Shown here: in pieces, positions 1 to 9,487 of the stretch
How positions within the stretch are numbered: the first letter of the stretch is position 1
Layout: each line of letters starts with the position of its first letter
NCBI GenBank assembly: GCA_963760365.1
Contig: CAVXDC010000004.1
Location: 27,452-91,451 of the forward strand
Source: an uncultured Phycisphaerae bacterium
GTDB taxonomy: Bacteria > Planctomycetota > Phycisphaerae > SM23-33
Direction of reading: 5' to 3'
Length of the DNA: 64,000 nucleotides
Position numbers and translations under genes: made by a program
Notes under the pieces: model-generated
Seen by the model: the letters and a program-made list of their open reading frames with translations, nothing else
Database searches by the model: none
Told to the model about the DNA's origin: nothing

Positions 1-882
1 GCCTTCCGAACCTACCTTCGCGGGCAGGGCTTCACGGAGATCGTCACGCCCAAGCTGGTGCTCGCGGGGGCCGAGGGTGGCTCGGCCGTGTTCAAGGTGG
101 AGTACTTCGACCAGACGGCCACTCTGGCCCAGAGCCCGCAATTCTACAAGCAGATGATGGTGGGCAGCGGGCTGGAGCGGGTGTTCGAAGTAGGGCACGC
201 TTACCGCGCCGAAAAGAGCGAGACCAGCCGTCACCTGACCGAGTACGTCAGCCTGGACTTCGAGATGGGGTTTATCGAGTCGGTGCAGGACGTCATGCAG
301 ATGCATGCCGGGCTGATTGCGTTCATCTTCCGGCACGTGGAGGCCGCCTGCACGGACATCTTAAGCCACCGCGGTTGCACGTTGCCGCTGGTGAAAGACA
401 TCCCTCAGGTCTCCTACCCCCAGGCCAAGCAAATCCTGGCTGAGAAGTTCGGCAAGACGGGCGGCCTGCACGGCGACCTGGACACCGAAGGCGAGCGGTT
501 GATCTGCCAGTGGGCGGCCCAGGAACTGGGCAGCGAGCTTTTGTTCGTGACCGGCTATCACGTGGACCGTCGGCCGATGTACACGATGCCGGATAGCGAA
601 AACCCACCGCTGACGCATTCGTTTGACCTGCTGATGGGGGGCGTGGAGATCACCACCGGCGGCCAGCGGATTCACGATTATGCTCAGCTCGTCGAGAGCA
701 TCCGCTCGCGCGGACTGAATCCGGCCGATTACGAAGGCTACCTGGAAACGTTCCGCTGCGGCATGTGCCCGCACGGTGGGATGGGCATGGGCATCGAGCG
801 GCTGATGATGCAGATGCTTCACCTGGACAACGTCAAGCAGGCCAGCCTGTTCCCACGCGACCGGAATCGCCTAACGCCGTAG
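1..882 (+). CDS. aspS: aspartate--tRNA ligase, catalytic C-terminal part (5' end outside window)
   Basis: Frame 1 is open from nt 1. The translation FRTYLRGQGFTEIVTPKL...FYKQMMV...GHAYRAEKSETSRHLTEY...GMGIERL carries class IIb (archaeal/eukaryote-type) AspRS motifs. Stop at 880-882. Confidence 0.85.
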   Translation, partial: AFRTYLRGQGFTEIVTPKLVLAGAEGGSAVFKVEYFDQTATLAQSPQFYKQMMVGSGLERVFEVGHAYRAEKSETSRHLTEYVSLDFEMGFIESVQDVMQMHAGLIAFIFRHVEAACTDILSHRGCTLPLVKDIPQVSYPQAKQILAEKFGKTGGLHGDLDTEGERLICQWAAQELGSELLFVTGYHVDRRPMYTMPDSENPPLTHSFDLLMGGVEITTGGQRIHDYAQLVESIRSRGLNPADYEGYLETFRCGMCPHGGMGMGIERLMMQMLHLDNVKQASLFPRDRNRLTP

Positions 883-905
883 TGGTCGGCCAGGCCCGGG
901 ACTGT

Positions 906-2084
906 TTACTCCTTGAGCACCTCGGCCCCGACCTTAGAGTTTAGCAGCCCTTTGTTAACCGGACCGGCCAGAAAGGCCGCCGGGTCGATCACCGCCCAGA
1001 AGGCCGGTTTGGGCTTGCTGGTGCGGTCGAACAGAAGCGGGTGATCGGTGCGTCCCTTGACGGGGGAATGGTTCAGCCAGGAGTAGCGGTCCGTCGTCCC
1101 CCAGATGGTCACGCGGTCGATGATGTCGCGGTGGCGACGAAAAATCTCGAAAGCAGCGGCGTACCGAGCGGCCTGCTTGGCCAGCACCTCTGGCGGGACG
1201 GTGTCCTTATAGCGGTTGTCCGTCTGCTCTTTGGTGAACAGGCTTATGTCCAGCTCGGTGATGTTCACCTTGATGCCCAGGGCGGCGAACGTCTCGATGC
1301 TCCGCTCGATGTCCTCTAGCGGCGGCTGTTGGATATTCCAGTGGCCTTGGATGCCAATGGCGTGGACCTTGATGCCCTTGGCCTGGAGGTCGCGGATGAG
1401 ACGGACGGCCTTGTCTCGCTTGGCGGGGCGAGTCAGGCCGTAATCGTTGTAATACAGCTCGGCGTTGGGGTCGGCCGCGGCGGCCAGGCGAAACGCCTGC
1501 TCGACGAAGTCTTCCCCGACAATCCGCCGCCAGGGGGAATCGCGGAGCAGTTCCGGGCCTTTTTCGGCGATGGCCTCGTTGACCACGTCCCAGCCGCGGA
1601 ATTTGCCCCGGTAGCGCCCGACGACGGTCTGGATGTATTCCTCCATCCGCGAAAGCAGCAGCTCGCGGGTGGCGTCATTTCCGTCGGGGCCTTGGAACAC
1701 CCACGGGGGGGTCATCTCGTGCCAGACCAGCGTGTGGCCAATGAGCGTCATGCCGTGCTGGACAGCAAAGGCCGCGACCGCATCGGCCCGGGTGAAGTCA
1801 TAGACCTCCTCGCGGGGATGCGTGAGCGACCACTTCATGGCGTTCTCCGCCGTCAGGCTGTTGAATTGCTGCTCGACCAGGCGAAGGACGGCTGGGTCGT
1901 CGGTGAACACACGGGTGTCCGTGGCCACGCCGACCAGAAAGTCGTTCTTATAAACGTCCTTCAGCGCCGGCAGTGTCTCGCTCGGCCTAGACTCACTGCC
2001 GGCTAAGCAACACCGCGCCAACACCATCCCCATCGGAACCGCCAGGCACACGACCGTCAGGAGTCGGGTCCAAAACATTCTCAT
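906..2084 (-). CDS. secreted GH10 endo-1,4-beta-xylanase
   Basis: GH10 hallmarks are present: LTAENAMKW, WDVVNEA (acid/base Glu) and ITELDI (nucleophile Glu). There is a hydrophobic signal, MRMFWTRLLTVVCLAVPMG. I chose the ATG at 2084 rather than the ORF-track start at 2150. Confidence 0.85.
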   Translation of the reverse strand: MRMFWTRLLTVVCLAVPMGMVLARCCLAGSESRPSETLPALKDVYKNDFLVGVATDTRVFTDDPAVLRLVEQQFNSLTAENAMKWSLTHPREEVYDFTRADAVAAFAVQHGMTLIGHTLVWHEMTPPWVFQGPDGNDATRELLLSRMEEYIQTVVGRYRGKFRGWDVVNEAIAEKGPELLRDSPWRRIVGEDFVEQAFRLAAAADPNAELYYNDYGLTRPAKRDKAVRLIRDLQAKGIKVHAIGIQGHWNIQQPPLEDIERSIETFAALGIKVNITELDISLFTKEQTDNRYKDTVPPEVLAKQAARYAAAFEIFRRHRDIIDRVTIWGTTDRYSWLNHSPVKGRTDHPLLFDRTSKPKPAFWAVIDPAAFLAGPVNKGLLNSKVGAEVLKE

Positions 2085-2134
2085 TGTTCCTTGCGCCAGG
2101 ATGCCGCTGGGGGTATCTCTCCGGTACGGCCAAT

Positions 2135-4398
2135 TTACGGAGCACTCCATTGAAGGACGTTTTGGAGGATACTGCCGGCCAGGCCGCGATAGGTGGAATC
2201 AAACCGCAGTTCCACGGCCTTAGCTAAGTCCATGTCGTTGGTGCTGCGGACGGGCAGGGGATAGACGCGGATGGTCTCACCGGCCCGGGCGTACACAGGC
2301 ATCTGCGACAGGGGGCTGGCGACATTCCGCAACCATCGGCCGCCCGAGAGCACTTGGCCCGTCCAGAAGTCCACCCAATTGCCCTGCGGCAGGTACACGT
2401 CGCGGACGCCGCCGGGATTCATCACGGGCGCCACCAGCAGCGCCTGGCCGCAATAGAACTGATCGTCAATGTGCCAGCAGGCCGGATCGTCGCCATGGTG
2501 GAAGACCAAGGCCCGCAGCACGGGGTAGCCGGTCTGCGTGGCCGCTCGGCCCTGCTCGGCCAGGTAGGGAATCAGGCCATAGCGCAACTTCCACCATCGC
2601 CGCACGACGTCCGCCACGGCGGGGTACTCCCACGGCTCGCGCGGACTGGCCCCGTGGTAGCGCATGTGCGAGCTGAACACCCCCAACTGCGTCCAACGGA
2701 CGTACAGCTCCTCGCTTGGCCAGGAGGTCATGAATTGGGGCAACCCGTGGAAGCCGGGGATGTCGTGGCTCCAGAACGCCCAGCCGCTCAGCCCGATGTG
2801 CAGCCCGCCGCGAAGCGTTCCGGCCAGGCCGTCCCAGGTGCTCGCCGCGTCGCCGCCCCAGTGGACGGGGTAGCGGTGGCAGCCGATCCAGCCGGCCCGG
2901 GCCCAGAGGATGCCCTGGCCCTTGACCTGCTCGGTGACCTCGAAGGCGGCCTTTTGGTACAGCAGCGCGTAAAGGTTGTGCAACTTGGCGGCGGGCAGTC
3001 CGGCGTAGCAGGCCTCCATCTCGATTTTCTCGCCGAAGTCGGTCTTGATGACGGCTGCTCCCATCTCCAGCAGCTTGCGGAGCATCCCCTGGTACCACGC
3101 GACGGCCTGGGGGTTGGTGAAGTCGATCCGGCCGCTGTAGTCAACCTCCCCGAAGGCGGACGCGTCGCCGCCAGTCTTGGCCGGCAGAAAGCCGTGGTCG
3201 CGGGCGTACTCGTAAACCGCCGTGGTCTTCGACAGCGCGGGCGTCTGCCACAGGCTGATGCGAAAACCCTTTTCCAGCATTTTCCGCATGTAGCCGGCCG
3301 GATCGGGGAAGCGCTCCGGACTGAACTGCCAGTCGCATTGCCATTCCTTGGTGAACCAGCCGGTGTCCAGGTGAATGACGTCGGCGGGAAAGTCCTCCTC
3401 CCGCAGACGGTCGGCGACCTTCAGCGTTTCGTCGGCGGAGAAATACGTCATCCGGCTCATCCAGATGCCGTAGGACCACAGCGGCGCGTTGCGGGGGAAC
3501 CCGGTCAGCATGCGGTAGTGGTACAGAATTCGCTCCAGGTTGCCGCCGCCGATGAAAAAAAGGTCCAGGCAGTCGTCCTCGATGAGTCCCTGGGCGGCGC
3601 GGGTGGAGATGTCGGCCAGGCTCAGCCGCACGTGGCTGCTGGTCAGCGCCATCAGACCGTAGGGCCGGCTGGAGATGTAGAAGGGGACGTTCTTGTAGGC
3701 CCGGCGGCTGTTAACGCCCAGGGCATCGACGTTTTCCAGCACCAGCGTCTGCCCGGCCAGGTCCATCCGGGCGAACCGCTCGCCCGTGCCGGCGAAGTGC
3801 TCCCCGGGCGCCGCGTGCAGCGAGAACAGCACGCCGCGCACGCTTTTCCCCGCTGCACGTAGCCCAGTGGCAGCGACTCGGGCCGATCGGGATCGAACGT
3901 GTCGTAGGCCATGAACGGCACTTCCACCTTGCCATCGGGAATGACGGTTACCGTGAATCCCTTGGCTGGGCCGGAAGAATAGGTGCTCCAGGGACGGACG
4001 GGGGCGTCTGCCAGGTCGATGCGCATCCGCACCGTTCCGGATGAATCAATAATCTCGTATCCCCCCGGCATCTGGCGAAGCTGGAGGGGGATGGGCTGAA
4101 GCGACGGGTGCCGCTCCAGCATGACACTCTCGTCGCCGGGGACTTGGTCGCCGGTGGCCAGGCTCAGGCGAACGATCGAATCCCCGTACGCGCGGACGAC
4201 GACCTTGTGCATCTTCGTCGCGGGTTTTTCCCCTTTGGCAGGAACGGGCAACCGCTGCACGAAGGGAACGTCCAAAATCACCTGACCGCTGGCGGTGGAA
4301 GCACCCGTCGGTCGGCCGGCGGCGAAGACGACGTCGTCCTTGGCCTCCGGCAGGTGCAGGTCGAGCATGTCGTCGCTGAATCGGTTACCGGACTTCAT
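2135..4398 (-). CDS. GH31 alpha-xylosidase/alpha-glucosidase family protein, one apparent frameshift as assembled
   Basis: ORF 2135-3841 carries the GH31 catalytic core (DVIHLDTGWF, VIKTDFGE). ORF 3652-4398 is the matching N-terminal beta-sandwich domain in another frame. The two join at a T4C4 run (3844-3851). Confidence 0.8.
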
Positions 4399-4419
4399 GG
4401 TCTTGGCGCTCTCCGTCAG

Positions 4420-4437
4420 GTCCGCGCAGGCGCGGAC
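4420..4437. promoter_or_regulatory. perfect 8-bp inverted repeat GTCCGCGC-AG-GCGCGGAC in the divergent GH31/pflX intergenic region
   Basis: Read directly from the sequence. It lies 22 nt upstream of the GH31 start codon (4398, minus strand). It could be an operator or a 5'-UTR hairpin, and the function is unproven. Confidence 0.25.
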
Positions 4438-4552
4438 TAGTTAGGGCAAATCCTATCATCGCGGCGCGAGAGGAACAAGTCTCCGTCCCAGGAACCTTGC
4501 GCTCCCAACCACCCCGCGCTTTCCAGGGGTTTAGCGATGGTACAATCATCGC

Positions 4553-5455
4553 GTGGGCGAATTGCCGGACAATATCCATCGCCTTGGAGAATTAATCCGC
4601 GATTGCACGCTGTGCCCGCGGAACTGTCACGTGGACCGCACGGCCGGAAAGGTCGGTGCCTGTCGTATCGGCGCCCAGGCCGTCGTGGCCTCAGCCGGCC
4701 CGCACTTTGGGGAGGAACCGGTGCTGGTGGGGCACGGCGGCAGTGGGACAATCTTTTTGGCGGGCTGCAACCTAGGCTGCGTGTTCTGCCAGAACTGGGA
4801 CATCAGCCACACCACCGATGGCACACCGTGCAGCCCTGACGTGATCGCCCAGATGGCGCTATCCCTTCAGCGCCGCGGCTGCGTGAATGTCAACTTCGTC
4901 ACGCCCACGCACGTCGCGCACGCCGTGGCCGAGGCGGTCTGGCGGGCGCGGGCGGCAGGGCTGACCGTGCCGATCGTGTATAACTGCGGCGGCTACGAGG
5001 CCGTCGAGACTCTGCGGCTGCTGGAGGGCCTGGTGGACATCTACATGCCGGACTTCAAGTACGCCGAGACTACTCCGCCGAAGCTCGTAGAGCGAAGGCT
5101 GGACGCCCAGGCCGGAGAGAAATACTCCGGGGCGAAGAACTACCCGCAGGTGGCCCAGGAAGCGCTAGCCGAGATGTACCGCCAGGTCGGCCCGCTCCAG
5201 GTGAACGACGACGGAGTAGGCACGCGCGGCGTGCTGGTCCGCCACCTGGTGATGCCCGCCGACCTGGCCCACAGCCGCCAGGTCATCGACATCGTCGCCC
5301 GCACGGCCCCGGCCTGCGCCATCAACGTCATGGGCCAGTACCACCCAGCAGGGGAGGCGTCGCGATTTCCCGAACTTCTAGCCCACCCAGCCGCCGACGA
5401 AATCTCCGCCCTCCGCCGCTACGCCACCAGCCTGGGCCTGGTACGCGTGGATTAG
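4553..5455 (+). CDS. radical SAM protein, PflX-like (pyruvate formate-lyase activase homolog family)
   Basis: CTLCPRNCHVDR and GSGTIFLAGCNLGCVFCQNWDIS form Cys clusters typical of the PflX/COG1313 radical SAM family. The ORF is intact at 300 aa with a GTG start. Confidence 0.8.
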   Translation: MGELPDNIHRLGELIRDCTLCPRNCHVDRTAGKVGACRIGAQAVVASAGPHFGEEPVLVGHGGSGTIFLAGCNLGCVFCQNWDISHTTDGTPCSPDVIAQMALSLQRRGCVNVNFVTPTHVAHAVAEAVWRARAAGLTVPIVYNCGGYEAVETLRLLEGLVDIYMPDFKYAETTPPKLVERRLDAQAGEKYSGAKNYPQVAQEALAEMYRQVGPLQVNDDGVGTRGVLVRHLVMPADLAHSRQVIDIVARTAPACAINVMGQYHPAGEASRFPELLAHPAADEISALRRYATSLGLVRVD

Positions 5456-5658
5456 TCGCAAAAGTTTTCGAAGGGATATATTTATGCTGGCCGTGAGAGG
5501 ATCGGAGTGAAAACTTCAAAGCTCCGGGCCGGTCAGCCCTGTTCCCTGGGCGATGTTCAGTTGTCACGCAGCGCCATCGAATCACAAATTCGCCCCGGAG
5601 ATAAGCTGGCACTGGAAGAGACACGTTGCCGTAGTCATAATCAGCACCGAGGTGCGAC

Positions 5659-8040
5659 ATGGAAGGACGTAGGTACCCCGATAACGCCGGTATGCCCGTG
5701 CAATTGTCTGTCCGAATTCGACCTCAGCGAATCGCAGTATTGGTCGCTGAAGCCAGTGGGACCCACGGCTTCATGAAGGCCGTTGACTTCCTGTCTCGCG
5801 TCTGGGGCGGGAAGCATGGGCACATTATTGCAGTGAGCGAGACCTCCGATAGCCATAAGCAGGCTGATGAACAGCTTGCTCTTCTTCGCCCGGAAATCGT
5901 GATGTTTGTTGATCTAGACGGCAGGCAGTGGGCTGAGAGGTCTGCCTGCATCTGCCAGCCAAGAGCCTGCGCAACTCTAGACGATGCCACAATCCAATCG
6001 CTAGATGAGGCAAACCCACTCCAATTGATCCATGCCCACTGCATATTGCACGGGGAGTACGAGAGGAGACGCGACGCCATAAGAGGTAATCTGATCCTTT
6101 GGGAACTCGACGAATCGCACCCTTGGTTTGCATTCATGGGTGCCACTTTTGGATTACTGCCTCTTCGAGCAGCGGGCAAATACGATTTTCTCAATGCGCG
6201 CTTGGAGAGCCTCAACGGAACGGAAGTCACTGATTATCTGACAGCATGCCTAAAAACCAAAGGCAGCTGGTGCTGGCTCGATTTCGCCTCAAGTAGACTT
6301 AGTATCTATCATTTTGATGATCCGTTTTTTGTGGCTGCCCCGACCGTTGTTGTATGCAATGACAATTCAGTTGCTGATCTTGCTCTCTATTGGAATCTGC
6401 GCATGACAGTGGGGGTGGGATTCTCGAAGAAGATTGTTCTTTTCCCGGAAGCCAAGGCTGACGATGCCGTTGCTATAGACGCTCTTGCGCAGTGGGTTAC
6501 GGGATGTGCCGTCGATGCAAATTTCGTCCAGGTCATCAGCCGGACCTGTCGCTGTTCTTTGCTTCGTTCTCTGGCGATTGCACTTCGGCACAGGCTAGTG
6601 GCCAGCCAGTACAAGTTCGTCGAGCTCCCCCAACCCCCCTGGATCCGAAACAGCTTAGCATTTGAGGATGAGAGACAGATTACAGGTAGCTACAACGGTT
6701 CGTACGTTGCCTTCGAGGCTCCCCGTCCGGCCTGTGTAAGCTCGATCTCAGGGGGGGACGTGTGGATATGCGACCTTCTGAAAGATGTGGAGCGCGGACG
6801 GGCTCCTGGCGACTTAGTGTTGCCGCCTACGAAAGCCGCTTTTGAAATAATTAACGCACCTTTTCCGCCTCATATTCCGGGCACCCTGTTGATTGGGCGA
6901 GGAGTTGACTCGATCAACAGAAGCTGCAACACTCAGCTGCACACAGTACGTCTGGGTCTGCCGACAAACACTGAAATGCTTGAGGGGCGGCTGCTTGATC
7001 GAGGATTTGAGATAGAAAAAGATGAAAAACGCATCAGATACGAGCAAACACTGTTGATGTTTAGTGAGCTGAATACTGCTGCACGTGTTGTTTCTGGAGC
7101 CTTCGGAAGGGCCGTCAACGCTCTTGCTGGCAACACCGAGCCTTTGAGTTTTGGCGAGATCAGTACGGCCGTTGGGCGCCTGGATGAGCAGCCGGAGTCC
7201 CAAATAGACTGGGTCTTGAATCAGTTCACTCATGGGCATATGCGGCGGATAGGCAAAGAGCGATTCCGCAGATACTATGAAAAGGAAGTCGGAAGAAGCG
7301 ACTCGATAAAGGGGCTTCTCAGTGAGCTTTGCAGGTTGAATGTTCTTGAGCACCGATGGAGGTTCAGGTGTAAGCGATGCGATAAGACCTACTGGCCCCG
7401 TCGCATTAACTTTGAACAAGTCACAAGGTGTCCCGGGTGTAAAGAGCGAGTGATTTTCGAGGACAGGGTTAAGCTAGGCTATGAGCTGAATGAGCTATTT
7501 GCATTGGCGATTCGGGAGGGATGGGGGCCGGTCATTCAGACGGGCCGCTTTCTGTACAACCTCACGCGGCGAGGATTTATGTGGCTTCCGGGGGTTAAGT
7601 GCAGAAAGGAGAGCACACGGATAGACTTTGATGTGATGTCACTATGTGATGGCCATCTTGTAGCTGCTGAGTGCAAGACCCTTCGCAATCAGGCCGACGA
7701 CGCCGATTGGGATAACATAACAGGGCAACTATGCCGGGAGGCAGAGGGTGCTCTGATGGCTGGGGTGGAGTTGTTTGTCATCGCATCCCACGTAGACGAA
7801 TACCCCCATGCCGTGCAAGATGCGGTCGCACGGGGAGCGAATATTCCCTTACTGTGGCTGGACCACAAGGATCTTGAAGATGGGCGCCGCCGAGGCAAGA
7901 AGGATCGCCACTACTTAGATATTGACGATTTTGTTCCGCACACCATCCCGAGCGTGGCTCAGTCTCGGCGTCCCAGAAAGCGGAAGCAACCAAAAACTGA
8001 GCGATACGCTGTAGTTGGCCTTGGGAAACACATTCACTGA
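5659..8040 (+). CDS. hypothetical 793-aa protein with C-terminal zinc ribbon and PD-(D/E)xK-like nuclease motif (low-G+C island gene)
   Basis: One long intact ORF lies in a region of visibly lower G+C. It has CKRC (7369-7380) and CPGC (7429-7440), then IDFDV (7621-7635) and AAECK (7663-7677), which fits a D...ExK pattern, followed by a basic tail. I found no Walker A motif and recognise nothing in the N-terminal 560 aa. Confidence 0.75.
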   Translation: MEGRRYPDNAGMPVQLSVRIRPQRIAVLVAEASGTHGFMKAVDFLSRVWGGKHGHIIAVSETSDSHKQADEQLALLRPEIVMFVDLDGRQWAERSACICQPRACATLDDATIQSLDEANPLQLIHAHCILHGEYERRRDAIRGNLILWELDESHPWFAFMGATFGLLPLRAAGKYDFLNARLESLNGTEVTDYLTACLKTKGSWCWLDFASSRLSIYHFDDPFFVAAPTVVVCNDNSVADLALYWNLRMTVGVGFSKKIVLFPEAKADDAVAIDALAQWVTGCAVDANFVQVISRTCRCSLLRSLAIALRHRLVASQYKFVELPQPPWIRNSLAFEDERQITGSYNGSYVAFEAPRPACVSSISGGDVWICDLLKDVERGRAPGDLVLPPTKAAFEIINAPFPPHIPGTLLIGRGVDSINRSCNTQLHTVRLGLPTNTEMLEGRLLDRGFEIEKDEKRIRYEQTLLMFSELNTAARVVSGAFGRAVNALAGNTEPLSFGEISTAVGRLDEQPESQIDWVLNQFTHGHMRRIGKERFRRYYEKEVGRSDSIKGLLSELCRLNVLEHRWRFRCKRCDKTYWPRRINFEQVTRCPGCKERVIFEDRVKLGYELNELFALAIREGWGPVIQTGRFLYNLTRRGFMWLPGVKCRKESTRIDFDVMSLCDGHLVAAECKTLRNQADDADWDNITGQLCREAEGALMAGVELFVIASHVDEYPHAVQDAVARGANIPLLWLDHKDLEDGRRRGKKDRHYLDIDDFVPHTIPSVAQSRRPRKRKQPKTERYAVVGLGKHIH

Positions 8041-8090
8041 TTCTTGCTATCTCGCAGGTGAGTCTCTCTGAGTACTCCATCTGTCGAAGG

Positions 8091-8241
8091 TCATCCCCCC
8101 GATTTTTCCCAAGTGGTAAGGCGTCTCCCGCAGTAACGGCACTCCCGCCGTCGCATAATCCGTCCGCCCCATGCGGCGCGCGTATAGACCACGCGGAAGT
8201 GTTTGCAGCCGCAATGGCGGCGTCCGCCTTCGCTGAGGCAC
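8091..8241 (-). pseudogene. possible small NrdR-like zinc-ribbon ORF (no in-frame start codon as assembled)
   Basis: The minus-strand translation ...HCGCKHFRVVYTRAAWGGRIMRRRECRYCGRRLTTWEKSGG* resembles the NrdR N-terminal zinc-ribbon pattern (C..C...RRRR.C..CG.RFTT.E). The only ATG (8241) is in a different frame, and a 1-nt indel would join the two. Confidence 0.3.
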
Positions 8242-8311
8242 GCGCCTGCGCTTAGGGTACGGCGTACATAACGGTGGATAGGGCGGTGAAGGGGCAATAG
8301 GAGAAATCTAC

Positions 8312-8383
8312 AGCCGACCAAGGGATTCGAACCCTCAACCCCGGCTTTACGAAAGCCGTGCTCTACCGTTGAGCTAGGTCGGC
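8312..8383 (-). tRNA. tRNA-Thr (anticodon CGU)
   Basis: The reverse complement GCCGACC-TA-GCTC-AACGGTA-GAGC-A-CGGCT-TTCGTAA-AGCCG-GGGTT-GAGGG-TTCGAAT-CCCTT-GGTCGGC-T folds as a cloverleaf. Anticodon loop is TTCGTAA. CCA is not encoded. Confidence 0.9.
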
Positions 8384-8436
8384 ATGGAGGCGCCGAGCGG
8401 ACAAACGGGCAACCTGGCAAAAAAGCATGATACGTT

Positions 8437-9367
8437 TCACGGGTCGGCGGCGACAAGGGCTTTTCCGATTGGCTCATCCGCCGCGGCCACACCCGGCAGG
8501 TTCGGCGGCGGCCAGGACGCCGCCGTCAACCACGGCAGGACGTAGTGGGTGATGAAGCTGCTGCGTGTGGTGCTGGCATGGGGTCCGCTGGAACTGTTTC
8601 CTAGCGGCCCGGTGAGCTCGAGCTGGTAGAGCTTCTGGTAGGCCTGGATGCGCTCCGGTGAGGATCTTCGCGGTGGGCCGGTCGAAGCCGATGGCCCCGG
8701 CCGCCGGACCGCGGATACCGTCCACGTTGCCCGCCAAGGTCGTGGCGATAATCAGCAGACCAACGTCCTCGCGGGTGTAGATGTTCAGGATGCCCTTGCG
8801 GCAATGATGCAGGGCGTTGGTGAGGTCATAGGCGCTGGAGATGCTGGCCGACAGCAGCACCAGGCCGTCGATGGTGATATCCTTGGGCAGGCCTTCGGTG
8901 GCAAAGACGGCTATCCCGCCGCCTCCGCTGTGGCCGATGAGATAGACGGGTCGGCCCGGATAGTTTTTCTGGTAGGATACAATTCGTTTGGCGATCTCCA
9001 GGCCCTCCAGGCGATTGCCCAGGATGTCTATCTGGTTGAGCAGGGGTCCGGCGATCGGGACGGGCCGGCCCCAGCGATAGATGGATATGGCATAGAGCAG
9101 CCCGCCGTTCAGCAAACCTCGGCGGACGTCGTGATTCAGCGAGCTTTCGCCCTCGATGCCGGGCAGGATAATGACCAGCCCGGCGTCCATGCGGTCGGAA
9201 GTCGTGAAAGGCTTGTTCGGATCGGAGGCGCAGCCGCCGGCCGAGGATAGAATCAGGGCCGGCACGAGCCAGAAGAACAGCCTCGCGAACCGGCCGCTTC
9301 CGTGGGAGGATAAGGTTCTTGCGGCGGGTTCACCGGAAAGCAGACAGTAACCGGAGGCGATAGCCAC
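8437..9367 (-). CDS. alpha/beta-hydrolase (esterase/lipase-like) lipoprotein, probable frameshift near 8645
   Basis: There is a lipobox LSSAGGC and a nucleophile elbow LIGHSGGGGIAVFA. The C-terminal tail of ORF 8474-9367 turns low-complexity, while an alternative frame reads PERIQAYQKLYQLELTGPL...FITHYVLPWL and ends at 8437. Confidence 0.6.
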
Positions 9368-9487
9368 GTGCGTCTCCTGGAACGGCGAGGGCGGTTATTT
9401 TTTGATTGAAAGGTCCGCCGACCGCCTGGGAATATTATCATCATCGGCGTATAGGGATGTTAGTTGAAATTTACCGATAGCTAGGCC

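Noticed and set aside
2354-3862. A 502-aa plus-strand ORF antisense to the GH31 gene. Similar long antisense ORFs occur at 19139-21655 (838 aa), 27147-28202, 35496-36692, 42435-44060 (541 aa), 49134-50153 and 62570-63943.
   Set aside because: Their translations are Arg/Gly/Pro/Ala/His-rich low-complexity strings with no recognisable motifs. In each case the opposite strand encodes a clearly identifiable protein (GH31, MacAB, PdxA, FliG/FliH, FlhA, oxidoreductase, MreD/PBP2). Long stop-free antisense frames are expected in DNA this GC-rich.
906-4398. The GH31-GH10 pair as something unusual.
   Set aside because: A cytoplasmic GH31 alpha-xylosidase-type enzyme followed by a secreted GH10 xylanase is an ordinary hemicellulose-utilisation arrangement. 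Only the homopolymer frameshift in GH31 is notable, and it is covered elsewhere.
5471-5477. A possible att-like direct repeat of the tRNA-Thr 3' end at the far edge of the island. AAGGGAT also occurs at 8320-8326 inside the tRNA T-arm region.
   Set aside because: The identity is only 7 nt with no flanking match, which is well within chance for a 2.8-kb span. The island boundary is therefore supported by composition and tRNA geometry only, not by a demonstrable att duplication.
5677-5684. CCCGATAA resembling the sigma-28 -10 element (GCCGATAA).
   Set aside because: It lies inside the first codons of the 793-aa ORF. There is no TAAA-like -35 at the required spacing of about 15 nt upstream.
5507-5776. 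An 89-aa ORF at the left edge of the low-G+C island, overlapping the start of the 793-aa gene.
   Set aside because: It has no recognisable motif, overlaps the much longer ORF's start, and has no SD-like sequence. It is probably non-coding leader or promoter DNA.
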